Below are positions 39,129 to 50,600 of a stretch of 64,000 bases of DNA, piece after piece. How positions within the stretch are numbered: position 1 is the first letter of the stretch; each line of letters opens with the position of its first letter. The notes under the pieces were generated by a model. It saw only the letters and a program-made list of their open reading frames with translations, was not told the DNA's origin and searched no databases. The stretch is taken from positions 2,294,001 through 2,358,000 of the forward strand of contig CM082598.2 in the NCBI GenBank assembly GCA_040954595.2. Direction: 5' to 3'. This stretch comes from Balanoglossus misakiensis (lineage: Eukaryota; Animalia; Hemichordata). The position numbers were made by a program, and so were the translations under genes.

Positions 39129-41205
39129 GATATCAAAGGTTGTATTACCTGAAAGATAAAATATGAACCATAAGTTCAGCAAGACTACAGTGCCAATTGC
39201 ATTGTCGGTTACTCAAACTGATGATATCTCAACAAAGTCAAGCTCGCGAAAACTAAAACGACCAGAAACTAATAAATCTAGACTTTTGTAGCATTGCCGG
39301 TATGAAAAGATTCACCACGGTAAAACTAAAACTCCCAATCATATAAAACATATTCACTTTGATAGAATGCAAATGAAATGACTTGCACAAAATAAGATTG
39401 CTTACCAAGGTAGAAGTGAAAGTCGATATCCTGCCTGTACTTCAGACTAAAACAGCGTTGTCTTGGCCGCGAAGGAAGGGGTAGTCCACTGGACTCGTCC
39501 ATTACAACGTGGGGTGAAATGGTTTGTACCACAGCATATTCCATTAAAGTACCGGTAGTATGTACTTTGAATATCAATCTTTAAGTAATTCTCACATTTT
39601 GCTTAATGCTTTATCCCTGAAAGGTTAAATGTCATTCGACATCACGTACAACATATGGCACTACCCATTGAAAAACAAAAAAAGAAAACGGTACAACTGG
39701 ACTTTCTATCTTCGTTGACGTAAATATCAACAGGTATAGCTTCAGCTGGATCAACTGATCAAAGAGAAAACAGCTGGATGAAATTAGTCCATGATGATGT
39801 GGAACTGGACAGGAAAGTTTATAACAAAGTTTTAAACAAACTGATCACCAGATTGGGTGTGTCTGCTGTTTACAACAGAAACCCTTGAGGCGCATGCACT
39901 GGAAAGAATCACGTTTGTTTTCTCAAATGCGATTTTAATGGTTTCTGAAGAAACCTACTTGAGAATGTTGAAAGGACCACCGACTCAACCTTGCCGGGAG
40001 CAGGAAAATAACACCATCTTTCAAGACTCTTGACTCTAAACCACCTGTTGTTTACAAGAAGGATCGAAAATCGACTCACGTTCTCTCATTCCAAGGTTAT
40101 TGCTGTACGCTACACGTGCATTGTGCCGGTCTATGATAATTTTGTACTTTGATAAAGGGGCCCGATGGACTATAATGTGGTAGAAAGACAATTAACACAG
40201 CCAGGCATGAAAAATCAAAAATCCCTTTGGAGTTCGTGACAGCTTATTTTAATTGCCAAATTCTTGGTCAAATATATTCCAAAACCAAAGTGCTATATAT
40301 CAATGAAAAGCTCTATGAAATTTATAGACGTGTCATCGAAATTCGCCGCATTGGAAGTGATTGTTTGTTTTGTGTTTTATAAGGACAGATTTACGGAGGT
40401 TTGCTCAACCTTTAAAGACAAAGTCGCTTTCATTCTTCAAAAGAACAGTTCACATATAAATTGCACAGAGACTGTAACAAAGTGGCCACTATATAGAGGT
40501 GGCCACTAATACAGGTTTGACTGTATTGATAAGATGGGGACATTCCATCTGTAAGTCAACATAAATTTACACCAGAAATAACTTTACCAGCTTAAGATTT
40601 ATGACGTAATTTTAATCCAGCTATTAGATTTATACTCTTGCGAGTTAATTTCGGAAATATTAATGGGATACACTCGCTGAATGTCAGTTAATCATGTCAA
40701 AGTTTGATTTGTGAGAACATCCTGTTATATAGGGAATAGTTTTCATTAGACATAAACTTTACCTTATTTATGAACAGTTTATTTGTACGTGAGGGACCAG
40801 GTAAATATCAAAGGATTAGAGAGAATTAAATTGTTATAATTATACGATGGAATTACAGAAAAAATAAAACCCATCTCTGTTAAACAGCCAAAAGCTATTG
40901 AACAGTTAGCAAGCATGAAATATGGATTATATGCAAATATCACCATTTTCAATGACTTGCTGCTACGTTACGACAAACACTGAAAGTGCAATCGAGTAGA
41001 TTTCAATCCATTTTTTCAACATCTGCATCAATTATTTCCTATAGCTGCATAAGGATATGCCGTTGTCTTAAATACACAGAATTGTTAAAATTCAATGCTT
41101 AAATGTGTATGTCTTACTTCTGTTACTGTTTAAGATGCAAATATTTTTTATATCTACATGAATGATAGTGATAACAACCAAATTTCAGTTCAGGGGGAGG
41201 GGGAA

Positions 41206-42234
41206 TCATGTTCCGTTCATAGTCGGTTTTTCGCCACGTGACGTCACTGTTTCTGTTATCGAGTGGGTGGCGATGATGGAGTTCTCCCCAGGGGCGGTTT
41301 TGTTGTCGCAGCAGAAGACTTTTCTCAGCGCCTGTCTGAAGGTGGAGTTGGTGAAGGAGTAGATGAAGGGGTTGAGACAGGCGTTCATGAAGGCCAGGAG
41401 GACAGTCACTTCGTATACCTCGGTGCCCGTCTTGACAGACGCGCCGGCGTTGACAGCCAGGAAGTACAGGTGGTTCGGTCCCCAGCAGAGAGCGAAGGTG
41501 ATGAACACTACACACAGGGTTCGCACCATCTTCTTGCGGATTCTCAGCACCGTGAGGGCGGGGTTGTGTTGGTTGTGTCGAGACAGTGCCTTCTCCTTGG
41601 CGTGCAGACTTCTGTATATCCAGATGTAGCTGACGAACATGACGATGCAGGGGACCAGGTACGTCGTCAGGAAAATCCCCCAGCCGACAAATATACGCAT
41701 GGCCTCGCTGAACCAGTTGTACTCGCATGTCCCGTGGACAAAGGGATGCGAGTAGATACAGAAGGTTTCCAGGACAACCGGTGACAGCCACGCCACAGCC
41801 ATGTACACCTTGGCACGCTTTCGGCTGTACCAGGTCCGGTAGCGAAGGGGGTGACAGATAGCAACATACCTTTCCAGTGTTAGGACCATGAGATTGAAGA
41901 CAGAGGCAGTGAAGAATATCCATTGAATATACCCCGACAGCCAGAGTTTGCAGAACAGGAGGCCGGCTGTGTTGTCCGGCAGATGAGTCGGACGGGGGTA
42001 GGGCAGGTAGCAGACGGCGGTCAGCAGGTCGGCGATCGCCAGACTCGCGATGAAGTAATTTGTCGTGGTGTGAAGAGACCGGACTTTATAGACAGTCACA
42101 CACACAACGGTGTTGCCGATGATCGCCAGAAAGGCGAAGGTGATGTTGCAGGCGAGGAACCAGGCTGGCTCTTGTCGGTATGTTGGAGCATCGTCGACGC
42201 CCGGCGATGTGAGACCAGTCGTCGTCGTGTCCAT
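41206..42234 (-). CDS. Class A (rhodopsin-like) GPCR, neuropeptide-receptor-like, CDS without introns, 342 aa
   Basis: Seven hydrophobic segments with GN, SLAIADL, ERYVAICHP, CWGP and NPFIY motifs. Confidence 0.92.
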   Translation of the reverse strand: MDTTTTGLTSPGVDDAPTYRQEPAWFLACNITFAFLAIIGNTVVCVTVYKVRSLHTTTNYFIASLAIADLLTAVCYLPYPRPTHLPDNTAGLLFCKLWLSGYIQWIFFTASVFNLMVLTLERYVAICHPLRYRTWYSRKRAKVYMAVAWLSPVVLETFCIYSHPFVHGTCEYNWFSEAMRIFVGWGIFLTTYLVPCIVMFVSYIWIYRSLHAKEKALSRHNQHNPALTVLRIRKKMVRTLCVVFITFALCWGPNHLYFLAVNAGASVKTGTEVYEVTVLLAFMNACLNPFIYSFTNSTFRQALRKVFCCDNKTAPGENSIIATHSITETVTSRGEKPTMNGT

Positions 42235-43160
42235 AATGGCGAGACCTGATTTCTGTCAAATCAAAGTAGGCGACAGGACTAGCCAAGCAAGCAACAGTCA
42301 AACCAGGTTGATGGCAACTCAGCAACAGATTAAAGTTTCGCTGCAGACGAAAAGAAGTCAAATAGTGCTACAGATTTCAATTTCTCACCACGGTAGGTCC
42401 GAAAGGTGGCCGCCGTCAAATAAATGAACTTGTGCCGATTCTGCTGACGTCCATGAGTGTCCGCTCACAATGAATTCGCTAAACTCGTGCTGGACGTCAC
42501 AATATTCTGTCTCCAGCCGCTATGGAGTCAGTGGATATGCAGCAGAGAAAGTCCGCAGTTGCCTTCACTTAGATTTGCATATTTAAGTATAATATACGAT
42601 TGATTCACTCAGCACAGAACAAGAGGTCCGTACGACGGCACTAGTGGTACGGAACGAATCCTTGTATAAACCCACCTCAGATCTCATACATAGGTCGATT
42701 GCAAAGTACATTGGCCGACGGATTCCAAATTCTAAACAAACAACGCATGGTCGAGAACTTCTACATCAATCATAACCGCCTGCCTGACACGTTATCAGTC
42801 AAACTATAGGCCTACACCCACAGACAGAGAAAAATCGCATGAGACAACAGAAAACAAATCTTTCAAACACAGACCTAAGCATTACGCCTACAAAACACTT
42901 TTATCGCACACTCTTAGGAAACGACATCTGCTAGTGCTGCCAGTTTATAATCGTGTACTCCAATAAAATTTATGAGACACGTAAGTGACAGCTCCCTGAG
43001 TAATTTCCTACATACTTTAGACCCCAATTTCATCAAAGTGGGGCAACTTGTGAATGAGTATTTTATACTGTAGACACCCGAACTCATTCATTGGTGTTTT
43101 TCCCCCATCACATCGCTGCCTAAAAATGCAATAATCGGCTAAATTGTTTGGAGGTATATA

Positions 43161-43345
43161 CTGTAAAACGGGTTATTTTCGCGAGTAATAAATTTTCGCA
43201 AAATATGCGAGAGCCAAAATAACGTGAAAATAAAAAGTTGCTTAAAATGTTTTTCGGATATGACGATGGATATAATCCTCGCATAATAGTTGCCTCTTTA
43301 GATTAATCGCGAAAATTTCCTTTACGAAAATAACCCGTTTTACAG
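43161..43345. mobile_element. MITE (CTGTAAAAC-type TIR), family copy 2
   Basis: TIRs ctgtaaaacgggttattttcg / cgaaaataacccgttttacag with TA on both flanks. Related to 19717-19907. Confidence 0.8.
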
Positions 43346-44398
43346 TATTATTTTGTCAGATGAACAGCACCCTGTCCCAGAAAATACCACAGCAGTACGC
43401 ACTTCACAATGGAAGATTTCGCTTTTTATCGCAATGTGCCGCCTGTTTACTGAAGGAGTTCGAGGCCTCAACTCCACTCCTCGCTGAGCAAACAAACGAC
43501 AGGACAGAGTATACAACAAAAACATTAACCCGATAAGCTATGCAATAACAGCTGAGATTTATGACCGTTTGATGTTTATGACTGTGCTTGGCTATCAAGC
43601 AATTGACCCCATATTACCACGCGTCACGTTGTACCTATCAAAATGGTGGATTCGTTGAGTCGCTTGTTTGCATGCACTATTTAAATACAAACGTCACACA
43701 TGACGTAACTGATTTGTGCTGATATGTTGATATTATTGCATATTTCATAAATTTTAATATCAATTACTGTAATTATAATTACTTTTAACAAACACTGTCC
43801 CCGGCCATCAACTCAACTACAAAAATTTAGAATGTATTAGTTTGAACGGGACATTTCGTTTAACCCTTTCAGTTTTTTTCGCAGTACTTGAGACATTAGA
43901 AAGCAAAGACAACATTTTAAAATTGCATGTACGATTATAAAAGTTACAATCCTCACATAGCAACGTTTAAGTTGTCGAGTGTTAACTGGTGTAATACGGA
44001 ACTGATTATTTGCGAAACCATTTAAAAAGTAAATATACACTAAGGTTAAACCATGGAAATATTTTATCCGCCAAAATGTGGCATATATGGTTTATTTATC
44101 CGGTTGATCAAATTGCAAAGATGCAACAGGTGTCCTTAGATTATAAGGTACAGTTGTTTGAGGGCGCTCCCCTCCATACCACCCACCAAGTGGGGGGGGG
44201 GGGACACCATTTCCCATCCAGTAGTGGTAGGTAATTAGCAATAATCAAGCTTTTGACATATGACGTCATTCAGTGGGTGGGGGGATTTATAATTATAGCT
44301 TTGCCGGAAATCAACACCAGCGGCTACGTACAACAGGACATGCATTGCCATAGTGATCTCAGTATACTAGCAAAGAAGAAACACTGCGCATGTGCATA

Positions 44399-44480
44399 GG
44401 TAGCGTGGCCGAGTGGTCTAAGGCGCTGGTTTAAGGCACCAGTCATTTCGATGGCGTGGGTTCGAATCCCACCGCTGCCA
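44399..44480 (+). tRNA. tRNA-Leu (anticodon AAG)
   Basis: 82 nt, ggtagcgtggccgagtggtctaaggcg ctggt ttAAGgc accag...ggttcgaatccc accgctgcca. Acceptor stem pairs, long variable arm, A and B boxes, oligo-T Pol III terminator at ~44489-44497. Confidence 0.97.
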
Positions 44481-44930
44481 AGATATTCTTTTTTTTTATC
44501 TGTAAGAAGAAAAGGCCATTATAATGTTTTTTGTTAACCTAAACACGATTTTCCGTGTGATATTAATTTTTTTTCTCCTATAGATCTGCTGTGCTTTAGC
44601 CTAAAACTGGGAGAAAGACAGGACAAAAAATGAACATCACTTGACTTTGTCACGTGACAGAAAGACACACATTAGGAGAAAGTGGTGGATTTCTGTCTGT
44701 TATTAAAATCTACAAAATCGCGACATTCACCGAAATTGCTGTTGCGATGAGAAAGTATCAGCTGCCATTGTTTGTACAGTAATAAAAAGCCTTTACATGG
44801 GTTGCCAGGCAACAACGATTTTCAGTTATAAGGAGACAGGCAGTGACATAGGACCACTATTTTGTACAGTACTTCACTTTCCATATGGCAAAAGACACAG
44901 GGCGGACGTCCAACTATAGGGACCATTTCA

Positions 44931-45089
44931 CTAAAGGTATACGGTCACCTATAGAAAATTAGCTAAAGTTATCATGACAAATTGAGATCTAGCCAATCAC
45001 AGATTTTCAGTGGGTGGCACATGTGAAAAAAAAACTCCATTTCAGCCATATATGGGTGTATGTAAATTGGAGGTGACTGAACACCTCTA
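44931..45089. mobile_element. Degenerate TIR element (Kolobok-like, TTAA-type ends)
   Basis: Imperfect TIRs ctaaaggtatacggtcacct / aggtgactgaacacctctaa. Interior tagccaatcacagattttca recurs at ~56100; a similar terminus ttaaaggtacacggtca lies at 50149. Confidence 0.5.
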
Positions 45090-45974
45090 AAAGGCACAAC
45101 AATTGCTATGACTTTGGATATCTTCAGTATTTTTATTGCGTTATCCACTACAGTTTCTTGTTCTTCTTACCCCAACATGTTGATATGCCAGGGTTATCTT
45201 CATGCAGTGAAAGTATTGGTATTTGTGATGAGAGGGGTTAGTGAACATGCGTGGTAAGATATGGACATCCGTGGAATTCTTCCTAGAAGATCTCCTTGGT
45301 ACTGGGTATGAATTTAAACAAGATCACTTTTCTCCAATTGCAACAGCATTAACCGATAGTAATATCCGGAGCTCCTGAGAACTAAACATTTAAACATAAA
45401 ACTCACTCCTAGTAAATGGTTAATCAGCTAATGAAGTTAATTAAGTGGAATTATCATATAAGATCATTTCCTCTGATCTGAAAACCTTGATACACTGATA
45501 TCACTAATAACATCCCCAATCAAATGGGCAAAATAAAAACTGCAAAGTTTGTTTTTGAATATTTTGAATATCATCATCAATGATGAACTTAAGTGGGAAA
45601 CTAAACAAACAGAATCAGTCATTCTTAGTTGAAACAATTAATAAACACGTTGAAGGTGATGTCACTGAGGCTGCTTCAGATTAATCGACATCATCTGAAT
45701 TTTGGGTTAATGATGAGTTTGTTAAATATTTGCTTTATTGAGACGGAAATTGCTTGTTTAATAATTATGTTCAGTGCACGGAGACATCAATAACAATTTC
45801 GGTTGACAACTTTACTGGTCTCCGATATGTTTTGTGGACGTAATGAAGTGCAATCTTTCGACAAGGAAAGGTTGGACGTCTTCATAATTCTAGTTATTTG
45901 AGGACACGCCATGCAACAATAGGTGTTCGGAACGCCCAATCCACAGTACGAAATGTGTATCTGAGGATTCGATA

Positions 45975-47174
45975 TTAATCGTAATCGTAGTCAAAGCTCT
46001 TTCTCCGTCTCTTCGGTCGGTATTCAGATCCCGTTTCTGAATCTGAACCTCCGCAAAATTTGGCACGAAAATATTTCCTGCAAGACCAAGACAGATGAAG
46101 GTTTTCATTAACATATGCAAGGTGGAGATGTTAATTGTAAATTGAGAGTAAAGTTCCATGCAGCTAAGAGATTGCTTCTCCTGTTTAATCAGAATGCTGT
46201 TAATTGTCTCCCCTCCCTCCCTCCACCCCCCATTCTTTCTCTCACTCCCTCGATCCCCCTTGCTCTCCCAAACACACTCTCTCTCCCTCCCTCCCTCTCT
46301 CCCCCCCTTCTTACTCTCTCTTTCTCGCTCTCCCCTTCCCCCTCTCAAATAAGTTGTATTGCATCCTACCTTTTGAAGACACACACACCAACGATCAGAA
46401 TTATCACGATGGTGGCCCCGACACCTCCGCCAATACCTCCACCGGAATTCGTGGATTTCTCACCCAAGTAATTTACTGCACCATTATACGTGTTTGGGTC
46501 TGTAGCATGTGGGGCAAAGAATTGAGAAAACACAGAAAGCATATTTTCAGTTCATTAAGCCACATTGTAATAGATTTTTAGCCTACATTTTCCTTTGTCC
46601 TTGACTGCAAACAAATCAAATTTAAACCACCTAGTGCAATCTCATGGACATTTTAGTCTAAATACTGTATTAACTAATTTAAAGGTAGCATTAACCTCCA
46701 GAAACCAAAAGCATACTTCTTATGAGATTTAAATACATGTACATAATCACAAACATGCGTATAGGGTGGTTGTCTGTGTGTACAAATGGGTCTTAAACAG
46801 CATGCAATTTAGTGGCTACATAAAGCTGAAACTGATCAAATTCCCATGATGTGGTAAAGTTATTTTAAGCAAATGGCATCTCACCATAGTAACCTCCGTC
46901 GACGCCTATGGACTTGTACGCATCAGCCACATCTGACCCCAAGACCTTTTCAGCATCCCCGAGTGTGGTGGGATCTTCGCCCATACAGTGACCAGTTGAT
47001 GTGCATTGTGCTTGTTGGTGTGCTTCCCCTGGGCATGCGTCTGTATTCAAGAAAAAAATGTGAGTAAGGAAAAATTGTTTACGCGATAATATAAACATTG
47101 GGACAAGATGGTCACTCAGTCATAGTCGTATCTCTCTCTTTTTCTCTCTCTATCTATCTATCTATCTATCTCTC

Positions 47175-47223
<49 letters not shown>

Positions 47224-47547
47224 ATCTCTCTCTCTATCTATCTATCTATTTCTCTCTCTCTATCTATCTCTCTCTCTCTCTCCCCCTCTCTCTCTCCCCT
47301 CTCTCAAACTCTCCCTCTCCCCCTCCCCTCCCCCCCTGTTTCAAACTGTTTCTTCCTACCTGGGTCATAGTCCCCATACGGACAATGCCTATTTCGCGTA
47401 CAAGTATACGCTGCACCACCACACAGGCTCCATGTTGACCACGGGCTCCATGGTAACATACCTGGTATTTGGGCGAAAATATAAAAATGTGTGTATTATT
47501 TAAAGGAATACAAAGAAAGAAAGAAAGAACAAGAGAGACAGAGAGAG

Positions 47548-47586
<39 letters not shown>

Positions 47587-47617
47587 GAGAAAGACAGAGA
47601 GAGAGCGAGAGAAAGAG

Positions 47618-47648
<31 letters not shown>

Positions 47649-50600
47649 CAGGGAAAGAAAGAGAGACAGAGAGACAAAGAAAGAAAGAAAGAAAGAAAGA
47701 AAGACAGAGAACGAGATAGAAAGAAAGAAAGAAAGAAAGAGAGAACGAGAAAGAAAGAAAGAAAGAGAGAGAGAAAGAAAGAATACCGGCCCACAAAATG
47801 GAAAACAAAAATGATCAGGGGGATGATCGTCACTCACCGTCTGTTTCTTCACATTCCGCATCATAACAGTCAACGTAGTCCTCTTTAGCACCCGTACAGT
47901 CTCCCCCTTCCTGAAGGCAAACTCTGCCTCGCTCTTTGAATCCTTCTCCGCATGTATTCGAACACTCAGTCCATGATGTCCACGCACCCCAATCTAAAAA
48001 TCAACAGGTAGGTTGTTGTAGTGATCAAGAAGATATAAAAGCATAGAAAACAATGGGTTCGGTCAGGACCTTGGTTGTGAAAGGGTTAAAGCCGAGCTGA
48101 ATCAAAGCAGATGACGAGAAAGTGAGCAACTTACCTCCCGTGACTTCACCTTGGGCTATGATACTTCTTGCGAGACTCTGTATGTCTACCATCATCTGTT
48201 GGATCTCTGTGTATATTGACAACAAAACACAAAAAGATGAAAAGCTGCCCACCTTTAAAGCTTACAATTTTGTGTAAACATTGTGTTCTTTTATTCACAC
48301 AGTGCGCCAAACTTGCTAGAATAGAATAGAATCAGATATAACGTGGGGTAATCATTTGGTTATATGATCACAACTTACCCGATTCTGGACACTGGGCAGA
48401 GTTGCAGTCCTCATACTGGATCGGTTGCCCTGGACACGGTTTACCATAAGCATCCGGGTCATCGGTGTCATAGAAACAGTTGCGAGTCATCAAGACTTTT
48501 CCCCCGCCACAGTTATAGCTACACTCGGACATTTTCTGCCATGGTCCCCACTCACCTAGAAATATAAATTTACGAGCGTGGAGACGTCAAAATAACAGAA
48601 ATTCTATACAGTTTTCTCAAATAATTAGCATTTAGGATGTCAGAAAAGTTAGAAAAAAGCAGAACCCAGAATTTGGTAGATGTGTTGTTTATACATGTAC
48701 TATTTTTGAAATTAGTATAAACAACATATCAACAATCTGAAACAGCTGAATTAAAGTACGTGTTATACGATTCAAGTGCTAGTAAGTTCAATAAGTACTT
48801 GATTCAGATAAAATGGTTCATTGTCTTTCCATTCAAAGGAACAAAAACACAATCTCAAAGCTGTCATCTGCACTTACCGTCGACCAGACAAATTGGCATT
48901 AAACAGATCTCTTCCTCCAAATCAGTCCCCCTGCCACAGAAGTCGGCGTTCTTGTGATCACATGATCGCCGCCTGGTCCTTCTGCCGCCCCTGCCACAGC
49001 TGACTGAGCACGGTGTCCATGGAAACCACATCGTCCACATAGGCTTTTCTGTTGAAAACCACAAATCTGGCTTGAGTATCTTTAGTTATCAAGGGATTAA
49101 TCAGATTCAAATATTTGAAGGGATTAGCAAGAAAATATAAAATAGTGCCCAGCATGCAACAAACAAATGTGTAAAGTGTGTCAGTTACCAAGCACAAGGA
49201 AGTGTGAAATAACAAAATAATAACAAAATTAACCAGATTACAGGTAATCTTGCATATTAAGTGACCTGACTTTACAACAGCCAAGTGGGGTACCAAGTGA
49301 AGTAATTTTAATGGAGGCTTCCTGTAATGCGCACACACAGAGACACACACACACAGAAACAAACAAAACAAACAAACAAACATATACGAACCATCACGAC
49401 AGTCTGGTCCTTCCCAGTCAGGTGCACAATAACACGTTGCCTTCTTTCCAGATCTTGATGAGACACACGTAGCCCCGTTGAAGCAAATCAGATCTTCACA
49501 TTTGTTATTCTTGCGATTGCAATCTCTGCCTGGTTGCTCTGCATCATCTAAACAAACAAACAAAGTTGAATAGTAATAATGTAATCCAATGTCTACGAAT
49601 GATACAAAGAAAAGGGAATTTTGTTGACGTACATGTATTTGGTGAAAATGTAAGTGCGAGGATTTTAAACATGTGTTTTTAATCATGGCCTGAATTGAGT
49701 CAAACACAGTCATAGACTCTCTCACAACCCCTCTCGTCGTCCATGCAGGCTTATGGTCTGATTGCATGCGTGCCCGGTGAGAGGTTCGCTACACAACACC
49801 AAACGGTGCTTCTCCCTTGCCAAACGGTTGAGGGAGCGTCAGTGAAGAGCCTTGTTGTAGCAAACCGTGGGCTGTGAGAGAGTCTAACTTAGTCATTGTC
49901 AATGACTATGTTTTGATCAAACCCAAAGATTCCTCACCTCCCCACATAGCTTCACATTCACAGCTCCAAGACCTCTGACCTGCGTGTGCAACGCAACGAC
50001 CGTTGTCTCCACATGGATTATCAAAATCTATGCAGGCGTCATATGGCACTTCACAACTGTGACCCATCCATGCGGTTTCACAGATACAGTCGTGTTCGAG
50101 ACCTTCCTTGTCCTGAAAAGAATAATGTACGATGTAGTTTAACTAATATTAAAGGTACACGGTCATCCTCGCAAAGTTAGCTACCCCTACCATGGGAAAA
50201 TTATTTCCAAATTATTTTGATGGTTGAAGTGTCGATCTGCTTTCCCTACCGATTCCCACCATTGTTAATCAAACATGACATTCGACTCAAAAGAGTTTAC
50301 TTCACATGTTTATGTTCACAATCTAAGGTAGAAAACTTCTATATGCATGCAGAAAGAAATGAGAATCATCAAAGGGGTGATCGGCATGAATGATATCGTG
50401 AAAGTTCTGAAATTCACCTCGCAGTAACTGGTATGTCCTGGTGTGCATCTTTCTTCGGGCGTTCCACAAACTTTGACATCTGGAATAAAGCCACACAGTT
50501 GAATACAATTGTCAACAACAACAAAAACAACAACAACAACAGTGCTGACTTACACATGTGTTGTGCTAACAAGAGCAAGGCTATGCATTCATTCATTCAT

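Noticed and set aside
41123-42427. Several long ORFs overlapping the class A GPCR (266 aa, 173 aa and others)
   Set aside because: Expected by-product of GC-rich codon usage; no recognisable motifs.
46865-46884. Stop (GEMPFA*) as the end of the EGF-TSP1 gene
   Set aside because: A donor at 46885/46884 splices in frame to TM and cytoplasmic exons; read-through could at most be a minor soluble isoform.
47264-47987. Long KERK-rich and SFFL-rich ORFs on both strands
   Set aside because: Translations of the (GAAA)n microsatellite in an intron; the real TSP1 exons nearby use other frames.
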